A stretch of DNA of 45,967 bases, from the NCBI GenBank assembly GCA_041492755.1, contig JBGPXN010000016.1:1-45967 (forward strand), read 5' to 3'. The notes under the pieces were generated by a model. The model saw nothing but the letters and a program-made list of their open reading frames with translations, was not told the origin of the DNA and did no database searches. A program made the translations under genes and the position numbers. This document shows positions 25,946 to 33,363 of the stretch, in pieces (the first letter of the stretch is position 1; the number at the start of each line of letters is the position of its first letter). The stretch is from Candidatus Methylomirabilia bacterium. GTDB taxonomy: Bacteria > Methylomirabilota > Methylomirabilia > Rokubacteriales > CSP1-6.

Positions 25946-27160
25946 ATGCCGGTTTACCTCTACCGGGCGGCCGATCGGCGCGGCCAGACGATCGACGGTG
26001 TCATGGAGGCGCCCGACGCGCGCTCCGTGGTCGAGCGGCTGCATCGCGAAGCGTACTTCCCCATCCGGGTCCAGCCCCACGCGCAGCGCGCGTCGGTGCT
26101 CAGCTTCGGCGGCGGTTGCGCGCGCATCCGCCAGCGCGATCTGCTCGCCATGACGCAGCAGCTGGCCACCCTCTTCGAGGCGGGCATGCCGCTCGATCGC
26201 GCGCTGTCGATCCTGGAAGAGCTGTCGCCCAATCCCCGGCTCCGGGTGATCGTGACCGACCTGCAGCGCAGCGTGCGCGGTGGCTCGTCGCTCAGCGACG
26301 CGCTCGCCAAGCACCATCCCCGGCCGTTCTCGCGTCTCTATATCAACATGGTGCGCGCGGGCGAGAAGGGGGGCGTGCTCGAAGTGTCGCTGCGTCGCCT
26401 CGCGGAGTTCCTGGAAAGCCGGGCCGCCTTCACCGAGGCCATCGTCTCCGCCCTCGCCTACCCGCTGGTGGTGACCGCGGTGGGCGCGGCGGCCGTCGTG
26501 TTCTTGCTGACCTTCGTCATCCCCCGCTTCGCCACGATCTTCGCGGATCTCAAGCAGGCGATCCCCTTCTCGACCCAGATCTTGCTGACGGTGAGCGCAC
26601 TGGCGCATGCGTACTGGTGGGTCGCCGTCATCGGCGTGCTGGCCGCGGTGCTGCTGTGGCGCGTCTGGACGGGCACGCCCGAAGGCCGCCTGCAATGGGA
26701 CCGGACGATCTTACGGCTGCCGCGTGTGGGCTCGCTCGTGCTCAAGATCGAGACGGCGCGCTTCGCCCGCACGTTCGGCACCATGCTCAAGAGCGGCGTG
26801 CCCGTGCTGGGCGCGCTCGCCGTCGTCGGCGACATGATGTCGAACCAGCTCATCGCGGGCGCGGTGCAGCGGCTGGCCGACAGCGTCAAGCGCGGCGGCA
26901 CCGTGGCCGCCGGCATGCAGGAGCACACCGAGTTCCCACCGCTGGCGATGCACATGGTACGCGTGGGGGAGGAAACCGGGCGCCTCGAGGAGATGTTGCT
27001 GAAGACCGCGGAGACGTTCGAGATCGACGTGCGGACGGAGCTCAAGCGGTTCATCGGGCTGCTGGAGCCGGCGATCATCCTCGTCATGGGGATCCTGGTC
27101 GCGTTCATCGTCGTTGCCATGTTGATGGCGATTTTCTCCATCAACGAAGTGCCTCTGTGA
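25946..27160 (+). CDS. gspF: T2SS inner-membrane platform protein
   Basis: QQLATLFEAGMPL, MVRAGEKGG, ALAYP, MVRVGEETGRL, LLEPAII. Confidence 0.95.
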   Translation: MPVYLYRAADRRGQTIDGVMEAPDARSVVERLHREAYFPIRVQPHAQRASVLSFGGGCARIRQRDLLAMTQQLATLFEAGMPLDRALSILEELSPNPRLRVIVTDLQRSVRGGSSLSDALAKHHPRPFSRLYINMVRAGEKGGVLEVSLRRLAEFLESRAAFTEAIVSALAYPLVVTAVGAAAVVFLLTFVIPRFATIFADLKQAIPFSTQILLTVSALAHAYWWVAVIGVLAAVLLWRVWTGTPEGRLQWDRTILRLPRVGSLVLKIETARFARTFGTMLKSGVPVLGALAVVGDMMSNQLIAGAVQRLADSVKRGGTVAAGMQEHTEFPPLAMHMVRVGEETGRLEEMLLKTAETFEIDVRTELKRFIGLLEPAIILVMGILVAFIVVAMLMAIFSINEVPL

Positions 27161-27194
27161 GGCCCGTTCCGCGTTCGGATTCTCGCGTCGTCGC

Positions 27195-27257
27195 CGGAGG
27201 GACGGGGATGGGGTGCTGCGCTAACTATTCGCTCCGCACCCCATCCCCGTCCCTCCG
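27195..27257. repeat. Perfect 22-bp inverted repeat with 19-nt spacer
   Basis: CGGAGGGACGGGGATGGGGTGC (27195-27216) and GCACCCCATCCCCGTCCCTCCG (27236-27257). Confidence 0.95.
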
Positions 27258-27474
27258 CCATCGCGTGGGTGGCGACGGGAACGGGCTCGGGGAGAACCGT
27301 TCTTTGCTCGATCCATCGCCGCATCCTTCCCGGGCCGATGACGCTCGTGGTGTCGGCCATTCCGCGAACACCGGAGTGATGCCCGGACAGCCTGGGGCGG
27401 GCTTCGCGGAGCCGCGCGGCGGGGCGCAGATCTCGGCGTCCGCGAGGCCCGACGGCCCCGACCGCACCCGCTCG

Positions 27475-27933
27475 GTGTGGACCGGTCTCACGGGGCGCGG
27501 GCTGCGGCTGCTGCGCAGCCAGGGGGGCTTCACGCTGATCGAGTTGCTGGTGGTGATCATCGTGTTGGGGTTGTTGGTGGGGTTGGTGGGGCCGCGGTTG
27601 TTTGGGCGGGTTGGGCAGTCGAAGACGGCGACCGCGAAGGCGCAGATCGAGTTGTTGGGGGCGGGGCTCGATCAGTATCGGCTCGACGTCGGGAGCTATC
27701 CGGATCGGTCGGGGGGGCTCGACGCGCTGATGCGCAACACCAATGCGCCGAACTGGAATGGGCCGTATCTCAAGAAGCCGGTGCCGAAGGATCCCTGGGG
27801 CAACCCGTACAAGTACAACTGCTGCCCGGGGGTCAACGGAGACTACGATCTCTGGTCCGAGGGTGCCGACGGCCAGCCCGGCGGCGACGGAGAGAACGCC
27901 GACGTCACCTCCTGGGGCTCGACCGAGAAGTAG
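27475..27933 (+). CDS. gspG: T2SS major pseudopilin (start ambiguous: in-frame GTG 27157, ATG 27208 or GTG 27475)
   Basis: GG|FTLIELLVVIIVLGLL, LDQYRLDVGSYP, NWNGPYL, PKDPWGNPY, GADGQPGGDGENAD. Confidence 0.93.
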   Translation: MWTGLTGRGLRLLRSQGGFTLIELLVVIIVLGLLVGLVGPRLFGRVGQSKTATAKAQIELLGAGLDQYRLDVGSYPDRSGGLDALMRNTNAPNWNGPYLKKPVPKDPWGNPYKYNCCPGVNGDYDLWSEGADGQPGGDGENADVTSWGSTEK

Positions 27934-28354
27934 CGCCGGCTTCACCCTCCTCGAGCTGGTCATCACCCTCCTGGTGCTGGGGTTGGTGGCGGCGCTCAGC
28001 GTGCCCCTCGTCAGCCGGAGCACGGGAACGTTGCGCGCGCGGAGCGAAATCGCCCGCCTGTCGGCAATGTTCCGCCACGCCCGCGAGCAGGCGATCACGA
28101 CGCGACGCCCGCACGTCGTCGTGCTGGAGCCCAAGAACCACCTGGTGAAGCTGATGGACGGCACCGAGGAGCGGCAGAGGCGCACGCTGGCCAGCGACCT
28201 CACCGTCGAGTCAGGCGGCCCGGCGCCGCTGAGCGTGCGGTTCGAGCCGCACGGGGTCTCCAGTGGCGGCGACTTCCATGTCGCCACCGCAGGTGTGCGC
28301 TACCGCATCACCGTCGACAGCATCACGGGCCGCGTCCGGAGCACCCGCGAGTGA
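27896..28354 (+). CDS. gspH: T2SS minor pseudopilin (GspH/FimT-like); start uncertain
   Basis: AG|FTLLELVITLLVLGL, AREQAI, VRFEPHGVSSGG, ITVDSITGRV. The coordinate given is an ACG; the nearest in-frame ATGs are 27743 and 27758. Confidence 0.8.
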   Translation, partial: TPTSPPGARPRSSAGFTLLELVITLLVLGLVAALSVPLVSRSTGTLRARSEIARLSAMFRHAREQAITTRRPHVVVLEPKNHLVKLMDGTEERQRRTLASDLTVESGGPAPLSVRFEPHGVSSGGDFHVATAGVRYRITVDSITGRVRSTRE

Positions 28355-28926
28355 GGACCTCTGACGGCTTCACCCTCCTCGAGGTGCTGGTCGCCCTCGC
28401 CATTCTGGGGCTCGCCGTCGTCGCCTCCATCCAGGGCTTCGCCCAGGGGCTCCGCCTGCTGAAGCTTTCCGGCGATCACCAGCACGCGATGCTGCTCGCC
28501 GATCGCGCGGCGCGTGAGGTCGGCGAGCCGACCGAGGGCCGTGAGGAATGCGAGGCGCCCGAGGGCTTCAAGTGCGAGCGAGTCACGAAGCTGATTGACG
28601 CGCCGGAGCAGGCCGAGAACGGCCGCACACCGCGCTTCCACGTCTTCGAGATCGCGGTCCGGGTGAGCTGGGACGAGCACCGTCAGGTCGATCTCACCAC
28701 GCTGCGCACGGTCGCGATCGCGCCCGATGGCACGGCGCTGACCGCGCGCGTGCCGACCTCCGTGTCCGGCACCCCGGGCGCCGCCGGCGTCGGGTCGCAG
28801 ACCGGGACGGGCGGGTCCGCCACGACGACGGCTCCTACGCGCTCGAGCCCGGCGACCCCGACACCGTCCACGACCCAGGGCACGCGAGCGACGACGCCGG
28901 CGAGCCCGGGCGGAATGCGACGTTGA
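28351..28926 (+). CDS. gspI: T2SS minor pseudopilin with Thr/Pro/Gly-rich tail
   Basis: DG|FTLLEVLVALAIL; IAVRVSW; gene order. Confidence 0.82.
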   Translation: MRTSDGFTLLEVLVALAILGLAVVASIQGFAQGLRLLKLSGDHQHAMLLADRAAREVGEPTEGREECEAPEGFKCERVTKLIDAPEQAENGRTPRFHVFEIAVRVSWDEHRQVDLTTLRTVAIAPDGTALTARVPTSVSGTPGAAGVGSQTGTGGSATTTAPTRSSPATPTPSTTQGTRATTPASPGGMRR

Positions 28927-29537
28927 CGCGGGCCCGCGGCGCGCGCGGCTTCACCCTCGTCGAGATCATCATCGCGCTCGCCATCGTCGGCGCGCTCCTC
29001 GCGATCGCGTTCGGCGGACTCCGGGTCGCGGTGGCCGCGTGGACGCAGGGCGAAGACCGCGCGGAGGCGCACCAGCATCTGCGCGGCGTGGCGTTGATCC
29101 TCGCGCGCGCGCTCCAGGGCGCCTCCCCGTACCAGGGCTCGCGCGGCACGGCGCCCGATCCCGTCATCCTGTTCCGCGGCGAGGAAGATCGCATCGAGCT
29201 CGTGACGGAGGCGCCGCCGGTGCCCTTCACCGTGCCCATCGCGTTCGTCGCCGTCGTCATCGGCCTCGAGCAGAGCACCGAACCGGGCCTGGTCGTGCGC
29301 CAGCGAGCGTTGCCGAACTTCGAGCCGTTCACCCAGGCCCAGGTGGTCCTGCGTGATCCAACCGTCAAGACGCTGCGCTTCCGGTATCTCAGCCCGTCGG
29401 GAGCGTGGGAGACGAGCTGGTCGGCCGAGGGCGATGCCGGGATGCCGCGCGCGATCCAGGTCGAAGTCGCCCTCACCCAGGGCAACCGGCTCGTGACGCT
29501 GCCGCCGCTGACCGTGCCCCTGCAAACCACGCAATGA
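28923..29537 (+). CDS. gspJ: T2SS minor pseudopilin
   Basis: RG|FTLVEIIIALAI; LRFRYL...WETSW...MPRAIQV; TTGA overlap. Confidence 0.85.
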   Translation: MTRARGARGFTLVEIIIALAIVGALLAIAFGGLRVAVAAWTQGEDRAEAHQHLRGVALILARALQGASPYQGSRGTAPDPVILFRGEEDRIELVTEAPPVPFTVPIAFVAVVIGLEQSTEPGLVVRQRALPNFEPFTQAQVVLRDPTVKTLRFRYLSPSGAWETSWSAEGDAGMPRAIQVEVALTQGNRLVTLPPLTVPLQTTQ

Positions 29538-30466
29538 ACGCCGCCACGTCCCAGCGCGGGTTCGCTCTGCTCGCCGTGATGCTCGTGCTGGCGCTGCTCG
29601 GCGTCATCGGCGCCGAGTTCGCGTATTCGATGCGGCTGGAGGCCTCCGCCGTCCGCGCCTGGAAGGAGACCATCGCCGGCACCCACCTGGCGGAAGCGGG
29701 AATCCACCAGGCCGTGCGCGAGCTGGTGCGGGACTGGGGGTTCGTGACCCGATGTGACGACCAGCCCCTGCGCTTCTACAAGCGGGATGGCACGCTCATG
29801 GAGCGGCTGCCGTTCAAGAACGTCCCGCTCGGGCCGGGCCAGTTCTCGTACGAGATGACCGACGAGGAGGCGCGGGTCAACGTCAACACCGTCACGCCCG
29901 ACCGTCTCGATCGCCTGCTCCAGCGCCTCGGGCTGGAAAAGCAGGGGCGCGACACGGTGATCGACTCGATCCAGGACTGGCGGGATCCGAACGACGAGCA
30001 CCGTCTCAACGGCGCGGAGAGCGACGACTACTACCTCAAGCTGCCGGTGCCGTACCGCGCCCGCAACGCCAACTTCACGTCCGTGCGCGAGCTGCTCCAG
30101 GTCCGCGGCATCACCCCCGCGCTGTTCGACGGAGGCGACGGCAAGCGCGGTCTGCTCGACGTCATGACGGTGCGCACGCCCGGCCAGATCAACGTCAACA
30201 CCGCCGACGCGCTCGTCCTGCACGGCTGGGGGCTCGCCGAAGCCGAGATCACCGACGTCGAGCAAGAGCGCTGTCGCGACCGGGCGTTCACCGTCGTTCC
30301 GGGGCGGCTCGCCGGCCGGGGGCTCTCCGCCAACACGCGGACGTTCCGGATCGAGGCGGTGGGGCTCATGGGCGGGCAAGTCGTCGCGCACGCGCGGGCG
30401 GTCGTCCAGCGACAGACGGATGCCAACACGAACGTCATTTTTTTGGAATTTTCGATCACGCGATGA
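29534..30466 (+). CDS. gspK: T2SS minor pseudopilin
   Basis: RG|FALLAVML (no Glu5), DEEARVNVN, IQDWRDPND, GAESDDYY, ELLQVRGIT, INVNTA. Confidence 0.92.
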   Translation: MNAATSQRGFALLAVMLVLALLGVIGAEFAYSMRLEASAVRAWKETIAGTHLAEAGIHQAVRELVRDWGFVTRCDDQPLRFYKRDGTLMERLPFKNVPLGPGQFSYEMTDEEARVNVNTVTPDRLDRLLQRLGLEKQGRDTVIDSIQDWRDPNDEHRLNGAESDDYYLKLPVPYRARNANFTSVRELLQVRGITPALFDGGDGKRGLLDVMTVRTPGQINVNTADALVLHGWGLAEAEITDVEQERCRDRAFTVVPGRLAGRGLSANTRTFRIEAVGLMGGQVVAHARAVVQRQTDANTNVIFLEFSITR

Positions 30467-30564
30467 ATCGCGTCGCGGATCGCCGCCACTACCAGGGATA
30501 GCGGACAAGAGCGGTAAAACGGTAGCTTGCTGCGCAGCAGACCTTCGGCTTAATCTGACAGGGA

Positions 30565-32100
30565 ATGGCCTTGACCCGTACTCGTCTGGCCGTTGTCCTC
30601 CTCGGTGATCGTCTGGTTGCCGCAGCCATCGCGGGGCCCCGGTGCGACGTCTTCGCAGTGGACGCCGATCAGCCGGCGGCGGCGCTCCGCGCCGAGCTCG
30701 ATCAGCGGCAACTCCGCCCGCGCACCGTGGCGATTGGCTTGCCGCGCGCCTCGGTCGCCGTCAAGGCGATCACCTTGCCCGACGTCGGGGGCGAGCTGCG
30801 CGAGATGGTCCGCTTCGAGCTGGAACGGCACGTTCCGTTTCCCACCGAGGACGCACCGTTCGATTTCGCTTTGCTTCCGCGAGAGGGCGCGGGCGCCGCC
30901 GAGACCACCGTGACGGGATATCAAGTCCTGGTGGCGGTCGCCGACCGGCGCGTGGCCGATGGCGCCCTCCGGTTGGCCGAAGAGGCGCGGCTGCGTCCGG
31001 TATCGCTCACCGTCGCCGCCCACGACTTGCTCGCGCTCGTCCGCCTGCCCGGTCAGGAGCGCATCGTCTGGATCCATCGGGTTGGCGACGGCGCCGAGGT
31101 GCTCTTCATCGCCGGGCCCGCGATCGTGCTGAGCCGGCACCTGCCGGCCCTCGCCGACGTCTCGCTCGGTGAGGAGATCCGTCGAACGTTCGCGCTGACT
31201 CGCTGGCGGAAGTGCGACGCCATCTGGGTGTCGGGCGATTCGGGGCCGTCGCTGGCGCCGCAGCTCGCCGAGCTCGGGGTCGCGGTCGGCGAGCCCAGCT
31301 ACACGCGTCAGGCGCGCCCGCGGCTCACCGCCATCGCCGACGTGTCGCGCGGCGCCGCCGAGCTGGCCATCGCGGTCGCGTCGGCCGGGCGGCTGGTGCG
31401 ACTCGACCTCATCCCGCCGGCGCTCCGCCCGCGACGGGTCACCCGCGCGCAGGCGCTCACCCTGGTCACGCTCGTCATCACGGCTCTTCTCGGGGTCGCC
31501 GCGCTGATCGCGCCCGGGTACCGGCAGACGCGCGAGCTCGTCACCCTGACCGCCCGCGTGAGCGCGCTCGACACCGAGGTGAAGGCCATCGAGCAGGTGC
31601 TGCACGAGGTGGAGCGCAAGCGCAAGCTCGTTGGGACCATCGCGTCGCTCGAGTCCTCGGCGTTGCGCCCGCTGCCCGTCCTGCGCGAGCTCACCGATGC
31701 GCTGCCGACCGACGCGTGGCTCACGAGTCTGAACCTCGACGTCAAAGGCGTGGAGCTCACCGGCCAGGCGGCGGTGGCGAGCGCCCTCATCCCCTTGCTG
31801 GAGAACTCGCCGCGCCTGGAGCGCGCGGAGTTCGCCTCGCCCGTGACGCGCGGCCGCGACAAGGAACAGTTCCGGATCCGCGCCGCGTGGGAGGGGGGAT
31901 CGCCGGCGACGGCCGCCCAGTCGGCCCAGGCCGTGCCGGTGCCCGTGCCGCCGCCGACGCAACGGCCGCCCAGCCGCGCCACCGACGTCCGGTCGCCGGC
32001 CGAGCCTCGGCCCGCGGAGTCTCCGGCCGCGGACGCAGCCGAACTGCAGCCGCGACGCGCGCCGATCCCCCCCCCACCCCCACGGGCGGCGCCGCAATGA
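30565..32100 (+). CDS. gspL: T2SS GspL-like protein (PilM-like cytoplasmic and PilN-like periplasmic parts)
   Basis: FELERHVPF, LDLIPPALR before a single TM, LRELTDALPTDAWL, LIPLLENSP; Pro-rich tail. Confidence 0.8.
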   Translation: MALTRTRLAVVLLGDRLVAAAIAGPRCDVFAVDADQPAAALRAELDQRQLRPRTVAIGLPRASVAVKAITLPDVGGELREMVRFELERHVPFPTEDAPFDFALLPREGAGAAETTVTGYQVLVAVADRRVADGALRLAEEARLRPVSLTVAAHDLLALVRLPGQERIVWIHRVGDGAEVLFIAGPAIVLSRHLPALADVSLGEEIRRTFALTRWRKCDAIWVSGDSGPSLAPQLAELGVAVGEPSYTRQARPRLTAIADVSRGAAELAIAVASAGRLVRLDLIPPALRPRRVTRAQALTLVTLVITALLGVAALIAPGYRQTRELVTLTARVSALDTEVKAIEQVLHEVERKRKLVGTIASLESSALRPLPVLRELTDALPTDAWLTSLNLDVKGVELTGQAAVASALIPLLENSPRLERAEFASPVTRGRDKEQFRIRAAWEGGSPATAAQSAQAVPVPVPPPTQRPPSRATDVRSPAEPRPAESPAADAAELQPRRAPIPPPPPRAAPQ

Positions 32101-32666
32101 TCGGCAACCTCTCACGACGCGAGCGCATGCTGATCGTGGTCGGCATTCTCGGCGCGCTCGTCGTCGCCGGGTGGACGCTGGTCGTGCAGCCGTTGCGCGA
32201 GCGTCATGGCGCGGCCGGCGAGCTGATCCCGGTACGCGAGCAAATCCTCACCCGCCGGCTCGAGCTGGTGGCCCGCAAGAGCGCGATCCTGGCCGAGCGT
32301 GAAGCCGTCGATGCCCGCCTACAGAGCGTCTCCACCCGGTTCCTGACCGCCGCCACCCCCGCCGTCGCGGCCTCCGAGCTTCAGAAACTCACCAAGGACA
32401 TGGCCACGCAGGTGAAGACCGAGGTGCGCAGCGAGCGCATCTTGCAACCGGTGGAACGCGGCGAGCTGCTCGAGATCCCCATCGAGCTCACCGTCTCGTG
32501 CGAGATCCGCCAGCTCGTGGACCTGCTCGCGCAGATCGAGCGCGCGCCCAAGATCCTGAGCGTGCAAGACCTCAAGGTGCGCGTCGTCAACGTCAGCCAG
32601 CCCAAGGAGCTGCTCGCCACGCTGACCGTCTCCGGGTTCATCCTGCCCGGCAAGGCCAAGACGTGA
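32097..32666 (+). CDS. gspM: T2SS GspM/PilO-like protein
   Basis: LSRRER plus TM, coiled coil, LVDLLAQIE ferredoxin-like region; ATGA overlap. Confidence 0.8.
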   Translation: MIGNLSRRERMLIVVGILGALVVAGWTLVVQPLRERHGAAGELIPVREQILTRRLELVARKSAILAEREAVDARLQSVSTRFLTAATPAVAASELQKLTKDMATQVKTEVRSERILQPVERGELLEIPIELTVSCEIRQLVDLLAQIERAPKILSVQDLKVRVVNVSQPKELLATLTVSGFILPGKAKT

Positions 32667-33355
32667 TGCCGCGTCGCTTGCTCGTCGTCAACGTCGTCGT
32701 GATCGGCGTCGCCGCGCTCGCCGTGCTGTCGATCGTGCGCACGCTGACGGCCCGGACGCCGGACGTCGCCGCGCGACCGCGCGCGAGTGCGCCCGCCGCC
32801 GCCGCGACCCGGGCGGCCGAGCCGCCGCCCAACCCGGGGGCGTACAACGTCATCGCGGTGCGCAACCTGTTCAGTCCGACCCGCACGGAGGCGCCGCCGC
32901 CCACGACGCAGGCCGCCGGGGCCGCGCGGCTCCCGAAGCCGGTGCTCTTCGGCATCGTGCTGCGCGACGGGCAGCCGATCGCGTATCTCGAGGATCCGAC
33001 GACCAAGCGCGTCGCCGGTTATCGCGTCGGCGATTCGGTGGCGGGCGGCACGCTGCAGAGGATCGCGGCCGACAGTGTGGTGGTGAATCGCCCCGAAGGC
33101 GCCGTCGACGTGCGGCTGCACGATCCATCCAAGCCGCGCCCGGCGGCAGTGGTGGCGCCACCGCCGGGCTCGCTCCCCGCGCCCGCGTCGCCGACCGGGT
33201 CGACGCCGCCACCCGCGTCGCCGTATCCGGGTGCGGTGACGCCACCGCCCCTGTCGCCAACCACGCCGCAGCGTCCACTGCCTCCAAATCTCCTGCGTCG
33301 CATCCCGCCCGGTCCGCCGCCGGTGGCTCCGCCGCCGCCCGATGCCCGGAGATAG
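32666..33355 (+). CDS. gspC: T2SS GspC-like protein (TM, HR domain, Pro-rich tail, no PDZ)
   Basis: RNLFSP, LFGIV, YRVGDSVAGGTLQRIAADSVVV; immediately precedes the secretin. Confidence 0.7.
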   Translation: MPRRLLVVNVVVIGVAALAVLSIVRTLTARTPDVAARPRASAPAAAATRAAEPPPNPGAYNVIAVRNLFSPTRTEAPPPTTQAAGAARLPKPVLFGIVLRDGQPIAYLEDPTTKRVAGYRVGDSVAGGTLQRIAADSVVVNRPEGAVDVRLHDPSKPRPAAVVAPPPGSLPAPASPTGSTPPPASPYPGAVTPPPLSPTTPQRPLPPNLLRRIPPGPPPVAPPPPDARR

Positions 33356-33363
33356 GCGGGCTG

